Positions 1 to 7,710 of a DNA stretch of 16,545 nucleotides are shown in pieces. Both the position numbers and the translations under genes were made by a program. Each line of letters opens with the position of its first letter. The stretch's first letter is position 1. The notes beneath the pieces are model-generated. The model made no database searches and was not told the DNA's origin. It worked only from the letters and a program-made list of their open reading frames with translations. The DNA is from Candidatus Bipolaricaulia bacterium (lineage in GTDB: Bacteria > Bipolaricaulota > Bipolaricaulia > JBHIAT01), in contig JBHIAT010000073.1 in the NCBI GenBank assembly GCA_046758705.1, forward strand, positions 1-16,545, written 5' to 3'.

Positions 1-108
1 ACCAATTTTCTGATCAGCACGTTTGGCGAAGACGAAGCCGGTGAACTCTACTTAGCCCACCACGATTCTAGCGGGACGATCTATCACATCGTCAGTGGGG
101 GCGATTGA
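1..108 (+). CDS. 3' end of a PQQ-dependent sugar dehydrogenase (glucose/sorbosone dehydrogenase family beta-propeller), partial
   Basis: Frame 1 reads TNFLISTFGEDEAGELYLAHHDSSGTIYHIVSGGD*. ISxFGEDxxGELY...GxIY is the typical last blade of this family. Truncated by the window edge. Confidence 0.75.
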   Translation, partial: TNFLISTFGEDEAGELYLAHHDSSGTIYHIVSGGD

Positions 109-116
109 ATGGCCGG

Positions 117-1130
117 CTATCCGCCGATGTAGGACATCTCTATCTTAGGCAGCCCGACGGTCTCGGACGAGCGGATCTCCGAGTAGCGGTCGTCGCGGCC
201 CCGCCAGATCGAGGTGATCGCTTCGGAGATCTCGGCGTCGGAGGCGCCGCTGCGGAGCAGCTTGCGCAGGTCGTGGCCCTTGGTCGCGAACAGGCAGGTG
301 TAGAGCAATCCATCGACCGAGAGCCGGGCGCGGGTGCAGCTGCGGCAGAACGCCTGTGTCACCGAAGCGATGACGCCAATCTCACCACTCCCGTCCTGGT
401 ACCGCCAGCGGTTAGCAACCTCGCCGTGGTAGTTCGGCTCGCGCGGCTCGAGCGGCATCACGGCGTTGAGCATGCCGATGATCTCGGCCGCGGGAACGAC
501 GTCGTCGAGCCGCCAACCGTTGGTGCTCCCGACGTCCATGTACTCGATGAAGCGGAGGATGTACCCGGTCTTGCGAAAGTAACGGGCCATGGGCACCACG
601 CTCTGCTCGTTAACGCCGCGCTGCACCACCATGTTGATCTTGATCGGCGTGAGACCCACGGCGGCCGCCGCCTCGATCCCCTCCAGGACGCGTTCGACGG
701 GGAAGTTGACATCGTTCATGGCTCTGAAGACGGCGTCATCAAGTGAGTCGAGGCTCACCGTGATGCGCTGCAGCCCGGCATCCTTGAGCATCTGTGCCTT
801 CTTCGCAAGCAGCGAGCCGTTGGTCGTCATCGCCAGGTCGAGCCCCGGGATGCGCGCCAGCATCTCGATGAGCCGTTCCACGTTGCGGCGCACGAGCGGC
901 TCCCCCCCCGTTATACGGATCTTCTTGACGCCGTGGGCGACGAAGATTCGGGCGAGGCGTTCGATCTCCTCGAAGGTCAGCAGCTCGTCGCGCTCGAGAA
1001 ACTGGTACTCGCGGCCGAAGATCTCCTTCGGCATGCAGTAGACACAGCGGAAGGTGCAGCGGTCGGTGATCGAGATCCGCAGATCGCGAAGCGGTCGCCC
1101 GAAAGTGTCGATGAGACTCACGATTGTCAC
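117..1130 (-). CDS. moaA: GTP 3',8-cyclase MoaA (molybdenum cofactor biosynthesis, radical SAM)
   Basis: [16 protein letters not shown] (CxxxCxxC), TGGEP, RFIEYM, second-cluster motif CxxC...C ([18 protein letters not shown]) and the C-terminal GG (MSYIGG). Confidence 0.97.
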   Translation of the reverse strand: MTIVSLIDTFGRPLRDLRISITDRCTFRCVYCMPKEIFGREYQFLERDELLTFEEIERLARIFVAHGVKKIRITGGEPLVRRNVERLIEMLARIPGLDLAMTTNGSLLAKKAQMLKDAGLQRITVSLDSLDDAVFRAMNDVNFPVERVLEGIEAAAAVGLTPIKINMVVQRGVNEQSVVPMARYFRKTGYILRFIEYMDVGSTNGWRLDDVVPAAEIIGMLNAVMPLEPREPNYHGEVANRWRYQDGSGEIGVIASVTQAFCRSCTRARLSVDGLLYTCLFATKGHDLRKLLRSGASDAEISEAITSIWRGRDDRYSEIRSSETVGLPKIEMSYIGG

Positions 1131-1152
1131 CTATTCTATAAAAGGATAGAGA

Positions 1153-1800
1153 TCATACCCGGACATCCAGGACTTTCACACCGGCCCGTTCGAGTTCGGC
1201 AACGATCTCATCGACGTCTCGGGTCACCATGCGAATAACCACCCGGCGGGTGGTGAGCGGATCGGTGTGGACATATGCGGTGGAGAGGCTTAAGATATTG
1301 ACGTTGTGAGTCCTCATCGGTTCCAGCGCTTCGATCAGCGCACCCGGTCGATCTTCGAGCTCGATGAACAGGCGTGTTCCTCCCTCGGCAAACCCCATGA
1401 TCTCGATCAGCGCGTCGAAGACATCCGATTCGGTGATGATGCCGACCAACCGTTGCTTCCGATCGACAACGGGCAGGCCGGAGATCTTTCGCTCCCGCAT
1501 CGTCAGCGCCACCGCTTCGATCGCCTCGTCGGGCTCGATGGTAACCACGTCGTTGCTCATCACCTCCGCCACCGTTGTCTTGGCTAACAGATAACTCAGC
1601 TCCCAGACGTTCAGATCGGTGATATCGGAAGGGCTGGCTTCTTGGAGATCCCCTTCGGTCACGATCCCCACCAGTTTTCCCGCTTCGACCACCGGCAACC
1701 GGCGGATGCTGCTGTCCTTCATCAGTTTCCGGGCCTCCATGATCGGGATCTCCGGCGACACGGTGATCAGATCACGGGTCATCCACATCTTGACGAACAT
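1153..1800 (-). CDS. CBS-pair + ACT domain protein (AcuB-like), copy 1
   Basis: Two CBS repeats (IRRLPVV..GKLVGIVTEGD; ISGLPVV...LVGIITESD), ACT domain (IELEDRPGAL...VNILSL) and the AcuB-type SPSDITDLNVWEL segment. Confidence 0.9.
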   Translation of the reverse strand: MFVKMWMTRDLITVSPEIPIMEARKLMKDSSIRRLPVVEAGKLVGIVTEGDLQEASPSDITDLNVWELSYLLAKTTVAEVMSNDVVTIEPDEAIEAVALTMRERKISGLPVVDRKQRLVGIITESDVFDALIEIMGFAEGGTRLFIELEDRPGALIEALEPMRTHNVNILSLSTAYVHTDPLTTRRVVIRMVTRDVDEIVAELERAGVKVLDVRV

Positions 1801-1889
1801 CTCGGTCTTCCTTTCAGATCAAAGGATGACGATCAATCTGAAGTTCTGAAACGATGAACACTCCACTACAGGCAAGTGGACAAACCACC

Positions 1890-1935
1890 GGGCCGAGGTA
1901 GCTAACCTCCCGAAAGCCTATAGCTGCCTCGGCCC
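1890..1935. other. Long GC-rich inverted repeat (15-bp stem, 16-nt loop) in the leader of CBS-ACT copy 1
   Basis: GGGCCGAGGTAGCTA (1890-1904) pairs with TAGCTGCCTCGGCCC (1921-1935) with one G-T pair. No U-tract follows on either strand. Confidence 0.6.
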
Positions 1936-1987
1936 TTCCTCACATGACGACGACCTCAACCTTGGAGTTCCACCCGATCCCGTCGAT

Positions 1988-2902
1988 TTACTCGATCCCG
2001 GTAAAGAACTCAAACCATCGGTAGATCTCAAACCAGGAAACGATCTCCCCGATCCTGACTTTGACCGCTACCACCGGGTCGAGTTTCTTGCTGAGCAGAT
2101 AGAACCCCTCGATGAACGGAAGATCCTCCTCACGTTCCTTCACTCTGGCCAGTCGCTTTTGCCCTTCTTTCTTCGGGACATCGGTCTCCGTATAGATGGG
2201 ATAGTATCGAAATCCTTGAGGATTGAACGGTTTTAGTTCGATGCCCGTCTCCCGTTCGATGATGCGCTTGGGCGCGGCCCTGAAGAACAAGCTCTCCAGG
2301 AACGAAGGGCTGTTTCCATCACGGATGCTCAGGCGCAACTGTTCTTGGGTGCAGTGAGCGCAGATTTTCGGATCGGTCAGAACCAGCCAAGCGCGCCGAT
2401 GACCACACACGTCGCAGATGTTCGCCGCCTCGATCCGTCGCTCGGTTTTGGCAGCGAACCGAGCGACCGACCAGGCAACGGTTCCCACCAACAGGCTCCC
2501 GACCATCCATTGTCCCAGACCATCCAGCCAGACGATCGACGATCCACTTACCAGAAGCTGCAAGATGGCGATCGCTTTGATCGTCCCTAAAACGGCCGCC
2601 AGGGTCCCGGCCGTCCACAAAACACGGTCGGCCAACCAGTGAAGCACTTTGAAGGCGCCTTTGCACTTGGCCAGCACCCGAACGGCTAGCCGGACCTCCG
2701 GTGCCGGTTTATCCTCTTTCCAGGGCTGGCGATCGTGCTCCCGGATGATCTGGCACACCTCTCCAGCGAGTTGGTTCCACTCATCCTCCCCCAGTCCCGT
2801 CTTGAATCGAGCATGTTCCAGGATTGTCTCATGCCAGTTCCTCGGTTCTGTCCCGACGGCACCCCTTCTCTCCTTGCCCACGTCAGGGACAACCTCCCTC
2901 AT
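1988..2902 (-). CDS. Hypothetical membrane protein with two hydrophobic segments and a CxxC-x14-CxxC putative zinc ribbon
   Basis: 304-aa ORF with a strong SD (AAGGAGGGGG) and its own promoter. Hydrophobic stretches VLWTAGTLAAVLGTIKAIAILQLLV and WMVGSLLVGTVAWSVA, followed by CDVC...CAHC. Confidence 0.75.
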   Translation of the reverse strand: MREVVPDVGKERRGAVGTEPRNWHETILEHARFKTGLGEDEWNQLAGEVCQIIREHDRQPWKEDKPAPEVRLAVRVLAKCKGAFKVLHWLADRVLWTAGTLAAVLGTIKAIAILQLLVSGSSIVWLDGLGQWMVGSLLVGTVAWSVARFAAKTERRIEAANICDVCGHRRAWLVLTDPKICAHCTQEQLRLSIRDGNSPSFLESLFFRAAPKRIIERETGIELKPFNPQGFRYYPIYTETDVPKKEGQKRLARVKEREEDLPFIEGFYLLSKKLDPVVAVKVRIGEIVSWFEIYRWFEFFTGIE

Positions 2903-2933
2903 GACTCCCCCTCCTTTTCTGTAGTAGTTTTCA

Positions 2934-2962
2934 ATTTTAGCATAGCAGAACCGTCCTTACAA
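2934..2962 (-). promoter_or_regulatory. sigma70-type promoter for the 304-aa hypothetical gene
   Basis: Minus strand TTGTAA-17 nt-TAAAAT with an extended -10 TG. Confidence 0.6.
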
Positions 2963-2984
2963 CTGCAAATACTTCCGACCTGAC

Positions 2985-5708
2985 TCAACCGCCACGCGCC
3001 AGGATCGTCCGCTTGACCACTTCGACCCCCAGCAATCCGGTCGAGGAGACGGCCAGCACGATGAGCCAATCGTGGAGATTCAGGGGGACAGTACGGAAGG
3101 CAGACTGCAGCGACGGTGTGTAGATCACCAACAACTGCAGCAGGATCGAGGAGAGAACGGCCAGGATCAGGTAGCGATTCTTGAACGGACCGATCTCCAG
3201 GATCGAGTGACGATCCGATCGACAGTTGAACGCGTTGAACATCTCGAACATCACCAGCAAGGTGAATACCATCGTCTGGGCTTTGGTATAGGCGTCCCCA
3301 GTTCCGAGCGTCGGGTTGTACCAATAGAAGATGGGTAGCGTACTGATGGTCATCAGGATCGCCATGGTGATGATGATCGCCTTCACGCCTGGGGTGAAGA
3401 TGCTCGCATGGGAGGAGCGGGGCGCACGCTGCATGATATCAGGATCGGGAGGATCGATCCCGAGCGCGAGCGCGGGGAGGCCGTCGGTCACCAGGTTGAC
3501 CCACAGGATCTGGATCGCAGCCAACGGGAGCGGGAAGCCCAGCAACCCGGCGAACAACATCACCAGGATCTCCCCCACATTGCTGGAGAGCAGATAGGCC
3601 AGATACTTCTTGATATTGTCATAGATCCCCCGCCCTTCTCGAGCTGCCTCCACCAGCGTGGCATAGTTATCATCGGAGAGGACCATGTCAGCGGCCTCCT
3701 GGCTCACCGCGGTCCCGGTGATCCCCATTGCCACCCCGATGTCCGAGCTTTTGAGGGCCGGGGCGTCATTGACCCCATCGCCGGTCATCGCCACCACATG
3801 GTCGTTCGCCTGAAGTGCGTTGACGATCTTCATCTTGTGCTCCGGAGAGACCCGCGTGTAGACCGAGATCTCCTCCACCACCCGCTGGAATGCCTCATCG
3901 CTTATCCGCTCCAGTTCTTCCCCGCTGAGCACCCGGCCGTGATTCAGGATGTCCAGCTCCCGGGCCACCGCCATCGCGGTGAGCCGATGGTCACCCGTGA
4001 TCATCACCGTTTTGATTCCCGCCCTCCGGCACAGCGCCACCGACCGTTTCGCCTCCTGTCGTGGCGGGTCGATCATGCCCATCAGACCGAGGAAGACAAG
4101 ATCCTGCTCCACCGTCTCTTCGGTGAATACCCCCAGGGACGGGGAGAGTTCCCGGTAGGCAAGCCCCAACACCCGAAGCGCCTCTCCGGTCATCCGCTCG
4201 TTGGCCTCCAGGATCGCCTCCCGTTTTGACTTACGGAGTTCGATCGTCTCTCCGTCTGCGGCTCGAAATCGGGAGCACCGTTCCAGAACCATCTCCAGAG
4301 CACCCTTCATATAAGCGAGTTTTCTCCCATCGGGAGCGACATGAACGGTAGACATGCGCTTCCGTTGCGAATCGAACGGGATCTCACCGACACGCAGATA
4401 TTCCGATCGGATCTCCTCCGGGACCAGACCGCCTTTCATCGCCACCACCACCAGCGCCCCTTCGGTCGGATCCCCGATCGATTCCCAGCGACCCTCCTCC
4501 TGTCTCAGCTGTGCGTCATTGCAGAGCAGTGCCACATGGAGCAGGGGGGCGAGTTCCCTCTCACTCACATCCTCGGCGGCGATCTCCCCGTCCGGATCGT
4601 AACCGGTCCCGGTGACTTCGATGTTCCGGCTGCCGACATAGATCCGGCGTACGGTCATCTCCCCTCGGGTCAGGGTGCCCGTCTTGTCCGAGCAGATCAC
4701 CGTTGTGCTGCCCAGCGTCTCGACAGCGGACAGCCGTCGAACGATCGCATTGCGACGGGCCATCCTCTGGACGCCGATGGCCAGGGATCCGGTCACCACG
4801 GCGGGCAATGCCTCCGGGACAGCGGCGACCGCCAAACTCACCCCCCAGATGAACATATCGAACAGCCCCTGGCCCCGGAGGATACCGAGGGCGGACACGG
4901 CGGCGACGACGATCAGGGCGGCGATCCCCAGCCACCGGCCCAACTCCCCCATGCGACGTTCGAGCGGTGTTTTCGGCTCTTCGATCGTCTGGAGCATTCC
5001 GGCAATCTTTCCGAACTCGGTCTCCATCCCCGTTTCCACCACCATCGCCCGGCCCCGACCGTAGGTCACGATCGTGCCGGCGAACACCATGTTCTCTCGC
5101 TCGGCCAGCGGGACAGACGTGGGAAGAACGTCGGGATGCTTGCTAACTGGCGTCGATTCTCCGGTCAGCGGTGCCTCATCGATCTCCAGGTTGAAGGCCT
5201 CGATCAACCGGGCATCGGCGACGACCCGGTCCCCGGTCTCCACGACCAGCAGATCGCCGGGCACAACCTGTGCCGCCGGGATCTCGAGCTCGACCCCGTC
5301 ACGGACGACTCTCGCCGCCGGAGCCGTCATCTGCTTTAACGCCTCGATCGCTCGTTCCGCCCGGTATTCTTGAATAAAGCCGAGAGCCACCGAGGCGATC
5401 ACGATCGCCAGAATGACGCCCGCATCGAGGGCCTCGCCGATCAGAAACGAGACCAGCACGGCAATCAGCAGTAGGATTATCAGGAAGTTTCTGAACTGGC
5501 CCAGAAGCAGTTTGAGGGGGTTGGATCCTGCTTCCCCGCGCAACTCGTTTGGACCGTATTCGTCGAGGCGGCGCGCCGCCTCCTCCGCACTCAACCCTTC
5601 CTCGCCTGAGTTCAGATATTTCAGCAGCTGAGCCACCTCAAGCGCGTACCATATTTCACCTGTGACCATCGGAAATTCTGTGCTGATTTTACCATATCGA
5701 TCGCCCAC
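2985..5708 (-). CDS. Cation-transporting P-type ATPase, Ca2+-type (P2A, PacL/YloB-like)
   Basis: TGES, AVAAVPEALP, phosphorylation site DKTGTLT, KGA, MITGDH, TGDGVND, SSNVGE and QILWVNLVTDGLPALALG. The start may instead be the ATG at 5669. Confidence 0.95.
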   Translation of the reverse strand: MGDRYGKISTEFPMVTGEIWYALEVAQLLKYLNSGEEGLSAEEAARRLDEYGPNELRGEAGSNPLKLLLGQFRNFLIILLLIAVLVSFLIGEALDAGVILAIVIASVALGFIQEYRAERAIEALKQMTAPAARVVRDGVELEIPAAQVVPGDLLVVETGDRVVADARLIEAFNLEIDEAPLTGESTPVSKHPDVLPTSVPLAERENMVFAGTIVTYGRGRAMVVETGMETEFGKIAGMLQTIEEPKTPLERRMGELGRWLGIAALIVVAAVSALGILRGQGLFDMFIWGVSLAVAAVPEALPAVVTGSLAIGVQRMARRNAIVRRLSAVETLGSTTVICSDKTGTLTRGEMTVRRIYVGSRNIEVTGTGYDPDGEIAAEDVSERELAPLLHVALLCNDAQLRQEEGRWESIGDPTEGALVVVAMKGGLVPEEIRSEYLRVGEIPFDSQRKRMSTVHVAPDGRKLAYMKGALEMVLERCSRFRAADGETIELRKSKREAILEANERMTGEALRVLGLAYRELSPSLGVFTEETVEQDLVFLGLMGMIDPPRQEAKRSVALCRRAGIKTVMITGDHRLTAMAVARELDILNHGRVLSGEELERISDEAFQRVVEEISVYTRVSPEHKMKIVNALQANDHVVAMTGDGVNDAPALKSSDIGVAMGITGTAVSQEAADMVLSDDNYATLVEAAREGRGIYDNIKKYLAYLLSSNVGEILVMLFAGLLGFPLPLAAIQILWVNLVTDGLPALALGIDPPDPDIMQRAPRSSHASIFTPGVKAIIITMAILMTISTLPIFYWYNPTLGTGDAYTKAQTMVFTLLVMFEMFNAFNCRSDRHSILEIGPFKNRYLILAVLSSILLQLLVIYTPSLQSAFRTVPLNLHDWLIVLAVSSTGLLGVEVVKRTILARGG

Positions 5709-5759
5709 AGGCTATCGCCTATCTGGGGATGAGATGGGGAACCAGCCGTCCCGCACCCC

Positions 5760-6506
5760 TCACTCCACGTTCCAGAGGGGATTCCGCCCACCGCGTTTGA
5801 TCAAGGGGCGGTGATACTCCATCCCGGTGAACCGCCAGATCGCCTCCCGCCATGAACGGGCCTCCTCTGGGGTCACTTCCTCATCAACGTTATAGGACTG
5901 CTTGCGCTGAAGCTGATACAGCCGTTCTTGGAGCGCTTCCAGTCGGGCGAGGTGATCCTCGATCAGGAAGGCACGCAGCTCGGGCTTCCGGATCTCCTCA
6001 ACAGCCATCTCAACATGGGGGTTGCACAATCCGTCCGAGGCAATGAACTGCTCCCGCCAGCTCTCATCTTCGTCTTCCAGGACGTCGAGTAGGGATAGGA
6101 TTGTGAGACGACCTCCTTGGGTGGATTGGCACAGCATGCATACCTGTGGTCCCGGTGACATCCGGTCTGAGATCGGCCTGCGTACCGATCGACGAACGCC
6201 GGAGAGGATGTCAGCCTGATTCGCCTTATGGAGAAGCTCCACATATCGCTTGACCACCGTCTCGTAGATCCGGGCGACGCCTGCCATGCCGATCAACTCC
6301 CGCTCCTCCACCACCTGGACCATAAGATGGGCATGATATCGACACAGTCCGAGGGCTTCGTCGAAACGGGTCCGAAGCCCGGGATCACCGGTAAACTCAT
6401 ACAGCATCGACCAGATCCAACGCTCCTCATTGAGATGTACCAGACGGCAGATAGAGCATCCCTCAAGTCGAAATGCCCGTTTGAGATCCGATCGGATGAA
6501 GGTCAA
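5760..6506 (-). CDS. DUF6062-family protein (two CxxC...LCxxH putative Zn sites)
   Basis: GCSIC...GLCRYH and CMLC...GLCNPH, with the C-terminal RKQSY...EEARSWREAIWRFTG pattern. TTG start with SD GAGGAGG overlaps the upstream stop (TTGA). Confidence 0.8.
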   Translation of the reverse strand: MTFIRSDLKRAFRLEGCSICRLVHLNEERWIWSMLYEFTGDPGLRTRFDEALGLCRYHAHLMVQVVEERELIGMAGVARIYETVVKRYVELLHKANQADILSGVRRSVRRPISDRMSPGPQVCMLCQSTQGGRLTILSLLDVLEDEDESWREQFIASDGLCNPHVEMAVEEIRKPELRAFLIEDHLARLEALQERLYQLQRKQSYNVDEEVTPEEARSWREAIWRFTGMEYHRPLIKRGGRNPLWNVE

Positions 6507-7462
6507 TGCGGTTCCCCCTCCTCATGAGACCTCAATAGCGGAATGACCGGAATCAGGGTCAGGCGCTCCAACTGAAGCGCCTCCGGCTGCAAAGAAGCGA
6601 TCTCGGTCTCAGGGTCGGAGATAGGAATAGAACCACCTCGTCGAAAACTCGGTCTCATACGAAGGAGGAGCAGACGGACGAAATGACCTGAGGTTCTTGG
6701 AACCCGCTGCAAGGTGGATCGGATCACCCCAGCGTGCCCTGCCAGAAACGCCCGGAGTTGGGGAAGGTTGACAGGAATTCTGACCCGCGGCAGGTCTCGG
6801 AAGAGCTGGAACGTAGCGCCCCAGCCGTCACCTCGGATACGGTCTTCCATGACCGGCAGATCCGTGAGGTGGTAGGTGCCGAAGATGCGCTTACGATCCG
6901 CAGAGGAAGCGTCGACTCGCTCCCCTCCTGACAGCCGCTCCGCAATGGAGGCGAAGCAGTGGTTGAGAAAGACCGGGAAGACCAACGCCACCCGTTTATG
7001 GAGCTCGTAGATGATCTGTCGATCGTCAACCCCGAGAGACGGGACCGTGCGGCGAAGGAGTCCTTCGAACCGGTCTCTCACAATCGATTCGGCAAACCAC
7101 CGGTTGAGATAGTGGGTGTAAGCGATCGGCTCTAAGGCGGCCAGATCGGGGCAGACTAAGAAAGCGAAGAGCGAGGTGCGCAGTTGCTCGGTGAATCCTG
7201 CAGAGGTGCCCGGCAACGGGACTCGGCCGATCGGCACGAACAACTCCCGGTCCTTGCCCTCCCCGATGATGACCGTTACGTTGATCTCCGAGAGCGCTCC
7301 ATAGCGGCTCACAGTCAGGCCGGGGGTCTTGGCAAGGCTCACCCGCGCCAGCTCCGGCAGGGTGTAGGCGCGACGAGCGCACAACCTGAGAATATTCAGG
7401 CGAACCTCGGTTCTGAGCATCCAACGGCGGAACTCCTGTCTTGAGGACTGAAGGATGATCAT
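6503..7462 (-). CDS. Hypothetical protein (~319 aa from ATG 7462; alternative in-frame TTG start at 7561)
   Basis: Long open frame whose stop overlaps the DUF6062 start. The predicted ATG at 7630 lies inside the fluoride aptamer, so it is unlikely to be the real start. No family recognised. Confidence 0.6.
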   Translation of the reverse strand: MIILQSSRQEFRRWMLRTEVRLNILRLCARRAYTLPELARVSLAKTPGLTVSRYGALSEINVTVIIGEGKDRELFVPIGRVPLPGTSAGFTEQLRTSLFAFLVCPDLAALEPIAYTHYLNRWFAESIVRDRFEGLLRRTVPSLGVDDRQIIYELHKRVALVFPVFLNHCFASIAERLSGGERVDASSADRKRIFGTYHLTDLPVMEDRIRGDGWGATFQLFRDLPRVRIPVNLPQLRAFLAGHAGVIRSTLQRVPRTSGHFVRLLLLRMRPSFRRGGSIPISDPETEIASLQPEALQLERLTLIPVIPLLRSHEEGEPH

Positions 7463-7492
7463 TCGATCCCGATCCTTTGGATCCGACCGCGG

Positions 7493-7561
7493 ATCGGAGA
7501 TCCTGTGGCGAAGAGCGGTGCCAACGACACCCCTGATTCCAACGATGAGCCGCTTGAGCAA
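7493..7561 (-). pseudogene. Possible relic of the crcB/Fluc fluoride channel N-terminus, in frame with the downstream hypothetical ORF
   Basis: SD GAGGTG, 6 nt, then TTG giving MLKRLIVGIRGVVGTALRHRISD. This resembles the Fluc TM1 motif (LLVGxGGxxGAxLRYxxS) and lies directly after a fluoride riboswitch. Confidence 0.45.
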
Positions 7562-7589
7562 CAGAGCCACCTCTTTATCGAGAGGGTAG

Positions 7590-7635
7590 GTAGGAGTCAT
7601 CAGCCTAGGGGCGGTTAGGGCGAACTCCATCGCCC
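7590..7635 (-). ncRNA. Fluoride riboswitch (crcB RNA motif)
   Basis: Minus strand GGGCGAUGGAGUUCGCCCUAACCGCCCCUAGGCUGAUGACUCCUAC. P1 GGGCGA/UCGCCC, pseudoknot GGAGU/ACUCC, P2 GCC-CCUA-GGC, and conserved GAUG, AACCGC, GAUGAC..CUAC. Confidence 0.93.
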
Positions 7636-7646
7636 GAAGCTATTTC

Positions 7647-7675
7647 ATTGTACCCAAGAGAAGCTCAGATTTCAA
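7647..7675 (-). promoter_or_regulatory. sigma70-type promoter driving the fluoride riboswitch leader
   Basis: Minus strand TTGAAA-17 nt-TACAAT. The predicted start (~7640) is a few nt upstream of the aptamer. Confidence 0.75.
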
Positions 7676-7710
7676 GGGAAAAGCCTGCTAGGCCCGCGGT
7701 CCCCGCTCGC

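Noticed and set aside
1131-1152. Moco/Tuco riboswitch upstream of moaA
   Set aside because: The gap is only 22 nt, and the upstream 1801-1987 leader lacks recognisable Moco motif elements.
1896-1918. AGCTAACCTC resembles the 3' end of a c-di-AMP (ydaO) riboswitch
   Set aside because: The 5' elements (GCUGAAUC, GGGGGA, GGGGUGAA) are absent, and the orientation points away from the adjacent gene.
5709-5759. yybP-ykoY (Mn2+) riboswitch before the P-type ATPase
   Set aside because: The gap is too short and lacks the GGGGAGUAG/GAGACC signature.
7562-7630. N-terminal MEFALTAPRLMTPT... of the 375-aa ORF in the track
   Set aside because: It is the translation of the fluoride aptamer itself. The ATG is the conserved GAUG of the motif and has no SD.
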